DNA of 29,639 nt from Acidimicrobiia bacterium (GCA_017853455.1 JAFMJM010000368.1:1-29639), one strand, 5' to 3'; positions 6,846-17,305 are shown, counted from the stretch's first letter. Made by a program: numbers and translations. The notes: generated by a model from the sequence alone, not told the origin.

Positions 6846-8981
6846 TTACTTCACGTAATAGATGGTGAGTTTACCAGAACCACCGCGCCCCCCAGCGGGC
6901 TGTTCTCCCCAAGGAGCGGCGCTACCGCCGCCGCCGCCGGCCCCTGTATTGTCTCCAGCGTGCCCTCCTACCCGCCATGCGGCGACCTCGGTGTGCCCGC
7001 CGCTGGCCCCGTCACCGCCCGGGCCACCTCCGCCACCTCCGCCATTGCCGAGTGTTGACGAGGAGTTTCCCACGCCGGTTGCGCCTCCCCGTGTAGGCAC
7101 GCCCGTTTCGGACACGTTTCCCATACCGCGGGCAATATGCCGATTATTCGGACGGCCTCCGGGTGCGCCCGCGCCCAAAACCGGCCACGTCGTTACCGTA
7201 CGCAGCTCCCAAGGCTCTCCAAGTACCGACCCAAGGATTGAGGAGTCGGTCTGCTCGTCGTACGGCTTCGCGATGCCGCCTATCGGCGCCCCAAAATACG
7301 GATTAGTCGGATCGATATCAAACCCATGCGCTCCCGCGCGCGCACCCAAAAAGCGCATAAGCGTAGCACCAGTTGCCGCAAGTAGCGTATCTCCGCCATC
7401 CGCGCCCGGAATGCGATCTCCTGATCCACCACTTGAAGGATCCGACACACCGCCCGCACCAATGGTCACGCTGTACTCCATCCCGGGCACCACGGTAACT
7501 GCACGCCAAGAACCGTGCGAACCGCCACCGCCACCACCACCCGCCGCCTGCGTCCTATTCGCACCCGATCCAACATACGCACCTCGGCCGCCGGCCGAGC
7601 CGCCGCCGTAGCCGAATGCCATGATCCGTGTCACACCTCGCGGACACGTCCAGGTCATTGGCCCCCCGGTAGCGGGATTGACGGACGAGGTGAATACTTC
7701 GCTGCGCATGTAACTACCGCGAGAATGTTGATAAAGACGCCAACCGCCTACATAAAGAAACGTCGCCCACGGCCCATCCGCCGTAGCCCCATTTCCCAGT
7801 ACAAACAACGGATTGCCTGCCTGGTCCTGCACCGTCACCTTGTACGTCAGCGCCGGGTCAACAAACATTGAAATCATTTCATTGCCGACTACGCCTGCGG
7901 TCACGAGTCGGTATGTGCGGTCTCCCGTAAGCGTCGCAGGAATTGAAATCGTCGCATTACCGACACCTGCTGAAATTGGCCAATTGTTAACGTCTTCCCC
8001 GGTACGCACACTAGGCAGGATTCGCCCAGCACCGGAGAGCTGAATTGGTCCTTCAAGCGTGTCGCCTTGAGACGTCTTTCGAAGCCGCTCATCCGACACC
8101 GTTTGTGAAAGAGAATTTGTAGACTGCACAAGGCGCGTAATCTGACTGTGTAACGTGCCGGCAGGAACATTGTACGGCGTACCGCTAACCGCGGCAGAAC
8201 CAATCTTCGCAGCACCGTTGTTGGTCGAGGCGAGGTCCGATACAATTTTATCAAGCTGCGCTTCGACCGTGCTTTGCGGATTGGTCGTACCATCCGCCCA
8301 AGCGCCCGAACCCGCAAACCCAATCAGAGCTGCACCACCTGCGGACAACAAATCTGCCGATACTTCTTGTGCGCCACGAATCGTAATGTTCGTAAACGCA
8401 TCCACCGGCATGGTCGCCAGATTGCCGCGAACGCCGTAGTACACGCGGTACGTCTTGCCCGCCGGAATAGCCGGTGACACCGTCAGCGTGACGCTCCCCT
8501 CACTAAAGCCGCCGCTGCCGACCGTGCCGCCTGACAAGACCGCAACGCGGCAGCGTTGTGTGCCCGTCGCATCGACAATCTCACGGTCGTTCTCATCGAG
8601 AACCTCGAGGAACGTATTGAGTCCTGCCGCCGTGTTCGGAGTCCCCGAAGCACCTAAGAAGATTCCGGGCCCCGTAAGCGTGATGCTGCTGACGGCGGTC
8701 GTCGCCGTAACATCCGACGTGCGAATCGGAACCGCCAAGTCTCGACGAAAGAGGTCGTCGAGGTAATCGCAGTTCTCCGCCAAGGCATGAATCGGCCGGT
8801 TGGTCGACTTGCTCGTTGCGTCTTCGCCGAACGCGACGAAGTAGGTGCCTGCATTCGGACCGCCAGCTTTCTTGCTGTCATGCAGCGCCGGCGTCCCGGA
8901 GGCAGCGTTGTTGATGTAGTCATAGCCGCTCGAAGGAAGACCACCAAAGTAGGTCGGAACACGCAAACGATGGAAGGGCAT
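6846..8981 (-). CDS. Tail fibre protein with glycine-rich C-terminal domain (711 aa), paralogue of 8998..11394
   Basis: The N-terminal ~290 aa align with the upstream paralogue (MPFHRL.[VI]P.YFGGLP, ALAENCDYLDDL.RRDLA, QLDKIVSDLASTNNGAAKIGS). C-terminal domain WTCPRGVTRIMAFGYGGG...GGRGGSGKLTIYYVK. Confidence 0.8.
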   Translation of the reverse strand: MPFHRLRVPTYFGGLPSSGYDYINNAASGTPALHDSKKAGGPNAGTYFVAFGEDATSKSTNRPIHALAENCDYLDDLFRRDLAVPIRTSDVTATTAVSSITLTGPGIFLGASGTPNTAAGLNTFLEVLDENDREIVDATGTQRCRVAVLSGGTVGSGGFSEGSVTLTVSPAIPAGKTYRVYYGVRGNLATMPVDAFTNITIRGAQEVSADLLSAGGAALIGFAGSGAWADGTTNPQSTVEAQLDKIVSDLASTNNGAAKIGSAAVSGTPYNVPAGTLHSQITRLVQSTNSLSQTVSDERLRKTSQGDTLEGPIQLSGAGRILPSVRTGEDVNNWPISAGVGNATISIPATLTGDRTYRLVTAGVVGNEMISMFVDPALTYKVTVQDQAGNPLFVLGNGATADGPWATFLYVGGWRLYQHSRGSYMRSEVFTSSVNPATGGPMTWTCPRGVTRIMAFGYGGGSAGGRGAYVGSGANRTQAAGGGGGGGSHGSWRAVTVVPGMEYSVTIGAGGVSDPSSGGSGDRIPGADGGDTLLAATGATLMRFLGARAGAHGFDIDPTNPYFGAPIGGIAKPYDEQTDSSILGSVLGEPWELRTVTTWPVLGAGAPGGRPNNRHIARGMGNVSETGVPTRGGATGVGNSSSTLGNGGGGGGGPGGDGASGGHTEVAAWRVGGHAGDNTGAGGGGGSAAPWGEQPAGGRGGSGKLTIYYVK

Positions 8982-8997
8982 CGAAAACCTCGAGAGC

Positions 8998-11394
8998 TTA
9001 TTTCATGTAATGAATGACGAGCTTACCGGAACCGCCGCGACCACCCCATTGCGGGGCGCTGTATGAGATGCCACTGCCGAAAACGGCACCGTAGGAACTG
9101 AACGCGTAACCGCCATTGTACGTCCCGCCGCCACCGCCACCACCTGCGCCGCTGTCTGGCGCGGCGTCATGCCCCGCGGTTCCGGCCGAGTAGTACTGCG
9201 CAAAGCTGCCAGTAGTGTGGTACGGCGAGCCGCCGTCGCCACCCGCTCCGCCCATACCACCAGGGCCGCCACCGCCACCGCCACCGCCGCCACTGTACCA
9301 GCCGGCATTCGTGTTATTTGGGTCAATAAGGCCTGGGCGCCCGCCCAGTTCGCCATTGTAGCCTCCGCCTAAAGACGGCAGCCCCGGACCGGCCCAAGCC
9401 CATCGAATACCGCCAAACCCACCACTCCCAGGAGCGCCTGATACGCGCGCCCAAATGGACTTAATGTCCCAGCGCGCATTCTCACCCGCCCAAAGCCAGA
9501 ATGGCCAGCACATGCCCGGCGCCGGTAAGTACTCGACGCCGGGGTCGGCTACGTTGGTGTTAAGGTACGTGTCCCCAACCGCCCCATCGGCGCCCATGGT
9601 TCCTGCAAAAAACCGTGCGCGCTCAACGCGCGTGTTGTCTGGCAAAACTTCCCAAAAAAAGGTGAGCTGGCCGTCTCGCAATCCCGACGGATTGGTGTTG
9701 GCGACATCTGATGCCAAAGATCCATCAGGGTTAATATTTAACAAGCGCGTTCCGGGATAAAGACCCGGGTCGTTCTGGCCGCCGGCGCCAACACCAATGC
9801 AGTAAAGACGGCCCGGAATAACAGGAATGGTTACCCAACCAGGTAAGGCGCCGCCACCGCCACCGCCACCAGCAGCAAGCAAACTACTGTTGCCGTAAGG
9901 TCCTCCGCCAAAATCCGGAGTGTAGTGCCAAAAGGCCGTACTATAAGTGCCCTTCGTATCGGAATGCCCGCCGCGACCACCCGCGCCGCCGCCGCCGTAT
10001 CCGTAAAGAAGGATACTTGTGACTCCCTGAGGGCACGTCCAGAATTGATCTCCCCCTGTGTACAGAAACGTCTCGGTGCGCATCGTACCGCCGCGCGCAT
10101 TCTGATAAATACGCCAGCTTCCCATAAAAATGAGAGTACACCACGCGCCGTCGGCTCCACGCCCATTGCCGATACGAAACAGCTCGGTTGTGCCTGCGCC
10201 CGTGCCGGTCGTCAGAGTGACCGTGTAATTAAACGAATCATCCGCAAAGACCGAAATAACATCACCAGGTACCGCGCCATCGGCACTAAAGTTATATGTG
10301 CGATCGGCGGTTACGGCACTCGTAATTCGAATTGCCGTATTTGTGTTTCCGACCGTAATTACCGTGGCGGCGTTGGGCCCTTGCATAACGCTCGGAATAA
10401 TCCGCCCTTTACCTGACAACTGCACCGGACCAAGAAGTGTGTCTCCGGCGGCTGTCTTGATAAGGCGCTCTTGTGCATGCGCTTCTGCCTCTTGCGCGTG
10501 TGCTTCCGTCTCATCGCGCAAGGCGCGAACAGCGTTTATCGCCGTCATCACCTGCCCAAGCTGGCTGTGCAAGGTGGTGGTCGTCAGACTGTAAACACTG
10601 CCCGTGATACCGAGCGAGCCAATCTTGGCCGCGCCATTATTGGTCGAGGCGAGGTCGGACACGATCTTATCGAGCTGGCCTTCCACTGTCCCTTGTGGGT
10701 TCGTGGTGTTATCGGCCCACGGACCCGATCCAGCGAAACCGACCTTGGCAGCGCCGCCGGCCGCAAGAAGCTCGGCCGGTACTTCCTGCGCTGCGCGGAT
10801 TGTGATGTTGGTCAGCGCGTCGACAGGCAACGTCGCGAGGTTCGTACGCACCGCGTAGTAAATGCGGTACGTCTTTCCTGCAGGAATGGCCGGAGACACG
10901 GTGAGCGTAATGTTCCCCGTGCTGAAGCCCGTACCGACTGCACCGCCCGAAATAGCCGTAACTCGGCACTCTTGCGTGCCTGTCGCATCGACGATCTCGT
11001 TATCGTTCTCATCGAGAATCTGAAAAAGGAGGCTAAGCCCTGCGGGTGTATCAGGTGTAGTCGCCGCACCTAGAAAGATACCAGGACCCGTCAGAACAAT
11101 ACTGCTAACCGCAGCCGAGGCGGTAACATCTCCCGCGCGTGTCGGCGTCGCCAGGTCTCGTCGCAAAAGGTCATCAAGATAATCGCAGTTTTCGGCCAAC
11201 GCCTTAGCCGGCCGATTTGCGTTCGCACTGGTCGCCTCTTCCCCAAACGCGACGAAGTAAGTCCCGACGTTTGAACCGCCGGCACTGGGGCCGTTCGCGA
11301 AAGCCGGTGTGCCGCCCGCACCGTTGTTGATGTAGTCGTATCCCGACGGCAGGCCGCCAAAGTAATTCGGTATCGAAAGTCGATGAAACGGCAT
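8998..11394 (-). CDS. Tail fibre protein with glycine-rich C-terminal domain (798 aa)
   Basis: Same architecture as 6846..8981: FWTCPQGVTSILLYGYGGGGAGGRGG...GGRGGSGKLVIHYMK. Lies directly downstream of the baseplate genes. Confidence 0.8.
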   Translation of the reverse strand: MPFHRLSIPNYFGGLPSGYDYINNGAGGTPAFANGPSAGGSNVGTYFVAFGEEATSANANRPAKALAENCDYLDDLLRRDLATPTRAGDVTASAAVSSIVLTGPGIFLGAATTPDTPAGLSLLFQILDENDNEIVDATGTQECRVTAISGGAVGTGFSTGNITLTVSPAIPAGKTYRIYYAVRTNLATLPVDALTNITIRAAQEVPAELLAAGGAAKVGFAGSGPWADNTTNPQGTVEGQLDKIVSDLASTNNGAAKIGSLGITGSVYSLTTTTLHSQLGQVMTAINAVRALRDETEAHAQEAEAHAQERLIKTAAGDTLLGPVQLSGKGRIIPSVMQGPNAATVITVGNTNTAIRITSAVTADRTYNFSADGAVPGDVISVFADDSFNYTVTLTTGTGAGTTELFRIGNGRGADGAWCTLIFMGSWRIYQNARGGTMRTETFLYTGGDQFWTCPQGVTSILLYGYGGGGAGGRGGHSDTKGTYSTAFWHYTPDFGGGPYGNSSLLAAGGGGGGGALPGWVTIPVIPGRLYCIGVGAGGQNDPGLYPGTRLLNINPDGSLASDVANTNPSGLRDGQLTFFWEVLPDNTRVERARFFAGTMGADGAVGDTYLNTNVADPGVEYLPAPGMCWPFWLWAGENARWDIKSIWARVSGAPGSGGFGGIRWAWAGPGLPSLGGGYNGELGGRPGLIDPNNTNAGWYSGGGGGGGGGPGGMGGAGGDGGSPYHTTGSFAQYYSAGTAGHDAAPDSGAGGGGGGGTYNGGYAFSSYGAVFGSGISYSAPQWGGRGGSGKLVIHYMK

Positions 11395-11395
11395 C

Positions 11396-12049
11396 TTAGA
11401 ACCTCACCGTCCAAGAAATCTCAAGGTCGAAAGACGACGTCTTCGAGATCGTGTCGAACGTGTCATATGCAATTCCTGGATTGTTGTAGCGGTTGGGATC
11501 GGCATTCCCACTAAACAACATGACCTCTGAAAGCGGTACGGTCAGATACGGGCTGTAGCTGATCTCCATGTCCGAAAACAGCCGGCTAAACGTAACTTCC
11601 GTGGGCGTCCGCATTTGTGGAGGCGCCTGAATTTGTCCGAGCCAGACGTCGTTCGCAGGATAGGGCGGCGTTTCATTTGACCCAGATACGCGCACGGGCC
11701 GCTCAAGAACCGTCACACTCGGATCGGTGTCGGTCTGCGTGTTGGTCCCCGGATAGGCCGCAGCGAGCGGTGCGGCGTTTGCGACTCCCAAAGCAAGCTG
11801 TCGCGTGCCGCCGATCCCAAGCCCCATATAACGAATGCGGTCGTTACGCGTCGGAGTTACCGGACTAAAGCTACTGTAAGAAAGGAGCTGCGCGAGGTAC
11901 TCTCGGCCAAGATTAAGCCAGATGTTGTGTCCTTCTCGCCGAGCAACAATCTTACCGCGCTCGCGCGCCGTAAGAACGAGATTGTTCTTCACCTCGATAG
12001 TTTCGCGAAAAGGGACTCCACCCATTGCGTTCTGCCTGCTCTTGGTCAT
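11396..12049 (-). CDS. Baseplate/tail-fibre attachment protein (217 aa)
   Basis: HNIWLNLGREYLAQLL, YMGLGIGG, LSEVMLF and ISKTSSFDLEISWTVRF match the pattern of myophage fibre-anchoring baseplate proteins. Lies between the wedge gene and the fibres. Confidence 0.65.
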   Translation of the reverse strand: MTKSRQNAMGGVPFRETIEVKNNLVLTARERGKIVARREGHNIWLNLGREYLAQLLSYSSFSPVTPTRNDRIRYMGLGIGGTRQLALGVANAAPLAAAYPGTNTQTDTDPSVTVLERPVRVSGSNETPPYPANDVWLGQIQAPPQMRTPTEVTFSRLFSDMEISYSPYLTVPLSEVMLFSGNADPNRYNNPGIAYDTFDTISKTSSFDLEISWTVRF

Positions 12050-12079
12050 TCGAAACTCCGGGCGCTAGGATAGGGCACG

Positions 12080-15000
12080 TCACGTACCTCGATAAACACA
12101 ATAAGAGCCCGCAGGTAGCGTGGAGTCGTAACTCCACGTCACAGCCTGGCCCATACGAATAAAAACACCGCCCCAGTAGATCGGGTTCGCTCGCGCCGTT
12201 GTTGAGCGAATAAAGCAGCGCAACACGTCTCCAGAAGTCACAGCAAACGAGATGGCCTGCTGAAACACAAACGCGCCCTCCGCAAGCGTGAAGGGGATTG
12301 ACGCCGCCTCAGCACCGTTCTTTTCAACAACAAGGCGGTACGTGTTTGGGTTTCCCGTATCTACCGCGGAAATCTCAACATTGACGACAGTGACGGTTCC
12401 CGCAATCTGAATTGTCGAAGGCGTTCCCACCTCAAGGCCTGCGGCCGGCACTACGACTTGGAGTCCGGACACAAAATAAGCAGCCTCGTTTTTGTAGGGG
12501 CTAAGATCGTAGGACAGGACGCTGTCCAGACTCGCCTTGGTACCTGCCGGAAGCGTCGTGCAAAGAGTCCGCACAATGGCGTCTTCGGGGCACAAAGCCG
12601 CGCGGTCATACGCCCAAGCAACGGCGAGCGTTGGGTCCGGAAAAGTCGGGGCCGTCGCTAAGTCCGCGTCGTTATCGTATTGATTGCGCGAACCGCCTCC
12701 GGCGGGACGGTGCTGGTCGTAGATAGGCGCCACGCCCAGTGCGCAAACACCGGTGTCCATGTGCAGAAGCCCGTGCCGATGCACGGCATCGGACGTTGTC
12801 ACCGTTGTATTTCCGAGCTGCGAGCGCACCACAAACAACGGATACGCGTACGTCGGCTTTATCTTCAGGATAAAGCTGCGAACGAAAAGAAGGGCCGACA
12901 AGTTGAACGCGGCGCTATCCACGCGCACCAAAAACTTGAAGAACTTCTCGACTTCGAAGAAGGCGCCTTGCTCCAAGTACCCCTGGAACCATTCTGGGTT
13001 TTTCACCCAGTCGACAACCTCCACGCCCTGCACCAAAGGCGCAAACTGCGTCACAGCGTCGCCTACCGCATACGGCACGCCCGTAGAGGGGTTGGTTTCC
13101 AGAGAGAGCGCGACCGGGAAGGAGTACGACCGGACGATGGTGGTGTCCGCCGCATCCTGAACAAGGATGCGTCCCGTTGTCGCGCTAAAGTCCGTACGAA
13201 TTTCGACAATCGTGCCGGCCTCTTCCGCGAAGGGAAGCCCGAGCAAAATCTGCGTGCCGGCCCGCAAGTTGAACAAGGTCGGTCCGTTGGTGTACGCAAA
13301 CCAAAGCCCTCGAACCGCCGAGAGGTAGTCCACATTGGAAGGCAGCGTGGACAAGTCATCGAGCGTAAATCCGGCAGGAATGCCGAAGTTCGCCTCGATG
13401 CGCGGACGGTTATCGAGGTAACTGGTTTCTGCCCAAAGCTGCGCCGGTGGCAGCTGTCCTTGCCAGATGTCCGGCCCGCCCGTCGCTTCCGGAACAGGGG
13501 TAATAAAACGGAAGCACTTCTGTCCTCGGAACGTATCAATTGCGTAATCGACGTTTCGACGAAGAACCTGCGTGTCGTCTTTCGCGACAATCTTTTCCTG
13601 CAAGAACGGGACATCCGCAATCAATGGATCTAGCGGCACGTACTTCTTGCGGAGCACACCCTTCAAAAAGACAAAGTACCGACTAGAGTCCGATAAGTAC
13701 AAGCCAACGGGCGTTGCGTCCACGGCCAGGCTCAGGGGCGTTGCCGACGAGGCGCCAAGTACACGGCCCGTAACTTCGAGCAGGTTCTGCGTCGCCGTGT
13801 CCAAAACTTCGTACAGGACATAGTCGTCCTGCTCACAGAGACCGTCCCAGAAGTTCAAATCCTTGGACGTCACAGTACCGGCAAGGGACCAGGATGTTCC
13901 TGCGGGAACAGGAAGCGGGTCTAGCAGCGCAAGACGCTGAAAATAAAAAGGATCGGAAGGGTCATCGAGAACACGACCAATCCGATATGCAACGCCGTCA
14001 ATACACAGGAAGTCACCTTGCTTAATGTCGAGGTACTGAAGGCTTCGTTCTGCACGATACGTCTGCGAAGTAACAACGCCTGCTCCCGAAGTGCCTTGAG
14101 GAACGCCATTGACTTGCCCCGCATGAAAGAACGGACAGGTGGTGGTCGACGCAATGCTGAACACGAAAGGCGCATCAATGCGGACGCGTGCGTAATTTCC
14201 GTCCCGCTTGAAAAGCACATGAACCGAAAACCGCTCGTCAATCTGACGCAGGGCTGCCTGTAGCGCATTTTGAAGCGTGTACGGTGTGTGCGTATCCGCT
14301 GGGCCAAGCGCTAGCGTCAAAGGAACATCGAGGCCCACGAGCTGCACATCGACGTGCGTACCGGGCGTAACGGCGGTTCCTGTAAAAAGGATATCTTCCG
14401 ACTCAATACCGCTGTACATCGCGCGGACTGTAGAAAGCTCACGAAGCGCAATGCTCTCTTGCATGAGCAGGTCGTAGTGCATCCAGCGCCGCTGAAACGT
14501 GCGCTGAATATCTCGAAGGCTCTTGGAGTAATCGACCTGCCAGAGCGTTAAGAGTTCGGCAGCAGCAACTTGGGCCAGGCCTTGCCAGAAGGTCGTAATA
14601 CGCTCGGTATCTTCGACGAGCCGCCAAAAGTCCGACAGGTAGTTCCAAATGAACGATACGTCCGGGACAACCCCACGAGCGACGACGGACTCCATACAGT
14701 TTGCCACAAGTTGCGTGGGCTCTGAAAAGAGGACGCCATCGAACACCGTCAGGTCGAATTTAAAGATTCCAGGAACATCGGGATAAAACGTCGGCTTCGG
14801 CGACGTTGGCGTATTGAGTCCGTTCTGCCGAATGTACTTGAACGCCGTATTGCTTGAGAGATTGTCGGGCAGCGTGTAGCTGTCAATACGCACAAAGAAG
14901 CCGTGCGTATCGAGGCCCCTACTCTCAATCCGGTATACTTTGCCGCCGACGACAAGAACGTCGTCCTGCAAGATCGGCTGGATGCCGTCCAAAATACTAA

Positions 15001-16006
15001 GCGAGGTCGAATAGAACCGGTTCGTATACCCAGTCGCAGGATTACCGGGGTACGAGCGGCCATCGACCTCATCGTGAATATACTGGCTTCCTGTGGGCGC
15101 GTCGATAAGGCGCCATTTGTAAAGAAGCGCCGAATCCTGCGGGCTGATGCTCGCCGTGCCATCGAGCTGCAACACGGAGCACATACGCACGGCCTGGTCA
15201 GCACCGGGTTCGGCCTTCGGGGGCAAACCCGGAATGATAAGCCCTGTTCCTAAGTACAGGTGACTTAGCCCCAGGATGCTCGCATCGCCTGGTGTTCCAC
15301 AAACGCTTATCCGTGTCACCGTGTCCGGAGTGACGGCGGCTGCCGACGAGGGAATGACCGGCATGATGTACCGAAGCTGGTGGCCAAGTGCCAAGAGCTC
15401 CGAAGTCTTCGTCACGTAGATGTACACCGCCCCGGTCGTCAAACTGACGGCCAGCCGCACCGTCCAGTACGCGTCTTCGCTAACAAACAGCTGGCTACCA
15501 GGGAGCGTTTGAACCGGCGTGTCTAAGACGAGGTCGCCGCCGGCATCGATGTGGACCGCGCCGCTGTAGGCAATGCCGATTTCGGAAAAGAAAAGACCCG
15601 CACAGGCGCCCATTTCCGAAAACACACCGATGAATGCGTGCCGGTGTTTGATGTCATTGAAATCACTTGGCAGGTCGACAAACTTCGTTGTGACTTCCAG
15701 GGTGAAGTCCGGCGGAACCGGCTTGTCGATATCGAGCGAGGAAACGGTAGGCGAATACTTTGAACCGCCAGAGGCGAGGAATTGGTCGCCCGTATCGTCG
15801 AAATACCGCTGCGCCTCACTCCCCGCTGTTACGACGATTTCCGGATAATTGAAGAGCGCCGCCATCGGGCTTCCGGACTCGATACGATAAATATCGAACG
15901 GCAAAACACCTGAAGGCATCGCGCCGCTGGCAGCTTCGCCGTTGACGCCCCAACGGGAAGTTCCCCACGGCTCGAGCCCGAAGCCTATTGACGCGCTTGT
16001 CGTCAT
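12080..16006 (-). CDS. Large baseplate wedge-like virion protein with a PKD/Ig-like domain (~1308 aa)
   Basis: Track ORF 12080..16105. Start moved to the ATG at 16006 (MTTSASIGFGLEPWG) because it forms a TGATG junction with the upstream gene. Contains PPKAEPGADQ...KWRLIDAPTGS...PTFYPDVPGIFKFDLTVFDG (PKD-like) and a FILKIKPTYAYP wedge-type motif; follows baseplate J. Confidence 0.7.
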   Translation of the reverse strand: MTTSASIGFGLEPWGTSRWGVNGEAASGAMPSGVLPFDIYRIESGSPMAALFNYPEIVVTAGSEAQRYFDDTGDQFLASGGSKYSPTVSSLDIDKPVPPDFTLEVTTKFVDLPSDFNDIKHRHAFIGVFSEMGACAGLFFSEIGIAYSGAVHIDAGGDLVLDTPVQTLPGSQLFVSEDAYWTVRLAVSLTTGAVYIYVTKTSELLALGHQLRYIMPVIPSSAAAVTPDTVTRISVCGTPGDASILGLSHLYLGTGLIIPGLPPKAEPGADQAVRMCSVLQLDGTASISPQDSALLYKWRLIDAPTGSQYIHDEVDGRSYPGNPATGYTNRFYSTSLSILDGIQPILQDDVLVVGGKVYRIESRGLDTHGFFVRIDSYTLPDNLSSNTAFKYIRQNGLNTPTSPKPTFYPDVPGIFKFDLTVFDGVLFSEPTQLVANCMESVVARGVVPDVSFIWNYLSDFWRLVEDTERITTFWQGLAQVAAAELLTLWQVDYSKSLRDIQRTFQRRWMHYDLLMQESIALRELSTVRAMYSGIESEDILFTGTAVTPGTHVDVQLVGLDVPLTLALGPADTHTPYTLQNALQAALRQIDERFSVHVLFKRDGNYARVRIDAPFVFSIASTTTCPFFHAGQVNGVPQGTSGAGVVTSQTYRAERSLQYLDIKQGDFLCIDGVAYRIGRVLDDPSDPFYFQRLALLDPLPVPAGTSWSLAGTVTSKDLNFWDGLCEQDDYVLYEVLDTATQNLLEVTGRVLGASSATPLSLAVDATPVGLYLSDSSRYFVFLKGVLRKKYVPLDPLIADVPFLQEKIVAKDDTQVLRRNVDYAIDTFRGQKCFRFITPVPEATGGPDIWQGQLPPAQLWAETSYLDNRPRIEANFGIPAGFTLDDLSTLPSNVDYLSAVRGLWFAYTNGPTLFNLRAGTQILLGLPFAEEAGTIVEIRTDFSATTGRILVQDAADTTIVRSYSFPVALSLETNPSTGVPYAVGDAVTQFAPLVQGVEVVDWVKNPEWFQGYLEQGAFFEVEKFFKFLVRVDSAAFNLSALLFVRSFILKIKPTYAYPLFVVRSQLGNTTVTTSDAVHRHGLLHMDTGVCALGVAPIYDQHRPAGGGSRNQYDNDADLATAPTFPDPTLAVAWAYDRAALCPEDAIVRTLCTTLPAGTKASLDSVLSYDLSPYKNEAAYFVSGLQVVVPAAGLEVGTPSTIQIAGTVTVVNVEISAVDTGNPNTYRLVVEKNGAEAASIPFTLAEGAFVFQQAISFAVTSGDVLRCFIRSTTARANPIYWGGVFIRMGQAVTWSYDSTLPAGSYCVYRGT

Positions 16007-16353
16007 CAGACGGCCCACTCTCCTACAACAACAAAGCCCGCGTACGCCGGAACTCCGGGAGGTAGTGGCGGCGCTTCTCCAAGATTCGCCGAAGCACTGC
16101 GCCAATACACCGAAATAGGTGACCCGCCGGCGGCCGGCACTACGTACCCCCGAAGAAGATACCGCGGTACGGCGCGTCCCTGGCCAGCACTTGCGCCTAT
16201 GGAAACCGTGGCGGCTACGGAATAGCGGGACGACGTGACCGTAGCAGGCCCCCGAAGATGCGGAATTGTGGCCGCGGCACGTGCAAAGCGAAACGGCGTC
16301 ACCGCTTCCGGAGGAGCCGCATTGGCAATCGAGGTAACGTCAACCGCGGTCAT
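16006..16353 (-). CDS. Hypothetical protein (115 aa), probably virion or fibre-assembly associated
   Basis: Fills the gap between 16361..17305 (7-nt spacer with GAGG) and the wedge gene (TGATG overlap). Confidence 0.6.
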   Translation of the reverse strand: MTAVDVTSIANAAPPEAVTPFRFARAAATIPHLRGPATVTSSRYSVAATVSIGASAGQGRAVPRYLLRGYVVPAAGGSPISVYWRSASANLGEAPPLPPGVPAYAGFVVVGEWAV

Positions 16354-16360
16354 TTAGGCC

Positions 16361-17305
16361 TCACAGAACAGGTGTGACATTAGCAGGCACCCAGAGCGTG
16401 TTACCGACAACCGTGGCAACGACGGCTCCGGAATTAGGCTGCGTTGCTCCGTTGGGCAGGTTACCCAACGCAAAACGGATGTCGGGGATACGCCCCTTGA
16501 TCGACGTCTGGCCAGGCGACGTGACATACAAGTACACCGGCCAGTCCAGGTACTTGTTCTCGACCATATCCATGGTCGCGTGAAGCACGAGTGTGTCCCC
16601 TACCCAGGGAACTACAAGCCCACAAACAATCGGCGCGCCTGCATTGTTGAATCCGCCCCACGCCTGAGTGTTTGTTATTCCGCCGTAGTTGACGTCTTGT
16701 TTATACGAAAAGACGGTCTTGCACGACGTATCTCCGCTGCGCGTTTCAACCAAGTTTGTCACACACAGATACGACGAGAAGTACTCATCGCCATCGGAAC
16801 TCGTTGCTTGGAAGAACGACCCGTCAGCCGCAATTGCAATGTGAGCACGCATGGACGTGCGGTAGTAAGAAACAGATTCCGGCACCGCGACATGGTAGTC
16901 GGTAAGTACGGGGTCGTCCGTTTCCGATCCCCCCGTCGGCAGCGTGTGCGTGTACAAAACGTTAAAACTTGGATTGTAACCAACTCGGTTAAAGGTCAAC
17001 GTCAGGTACACAGGACCAAGACCGTCCGGCGACTTGAGGGCTACCCAAGAGTGTGCGGAGCCGTGGTCGTTACCCACAACGAACTTTGAAACGTCAAACG
17101 TTCCGCCCCACCGGTCAACGCCGTCCATGCCCCCGGTAGCGCCGTCGCTTGAACCGACAACAGTCCAGCGTCCCGACTGCGGGACCGAGGAGCGAGTCAG
17201 ACTATCTTTAATCCAAAAAGCCCAATGCTTGTACCGTACCCACATATCAGAGTCCGTGAACAGGCTGTCGTTCCAAGACGTCGTCCAAGTCTTCTCAAAT
17301 GCCAT
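16361..17305 (-). CDS. Virion structural/fibre-like protein (314 aa)
   Basis: Aromatic, beta-rich ORF (WTVVGSSDG...SWVALKSP) with a GAGGAA RBS, co-oriented in the structural block. Confidence 0.65.
   Translation of the reverse strand: MAFEKTWTTSWNDSLFTDSDMWVRYKHWAFWIKDSLTRSSVPQSGRWTVVGSSDGATGGMDGVDRWGGTFDVSKFVVGNDHGSAHSWVALKSPDGLGPVYLTLTFNRVGYNPSFNVLYTHTLPTGGSETDDPVLTDYHVAVPESVSYYRTSMRAHIAIAADGSFFQATSSDGDEYFSSYLCVTNLVETRSGDTSCKTVFSYKQDVNYGGITNTQAWGGFNNAGAPIVCGLVVPWVGDTLVLHATMDMVENKYLDWPVYLYVTSPGQTSIKGRIPDIRFALGNLPNGATQPNSGAVVATVVGNTLWVPANVTPVL

Noticed and set aside
6846-11394. Possible diversity-generating retroelement or invertible cassette acting on the fibre tips
   Set aside because: No reverse transcriptase or recombinase in the window, no near-identical template/variable pair differing at adenines, and no inverted crossover sites seen. 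The paralogues differ throughout at synonymous positions. A trans-acting element elsewhere is not excluded.
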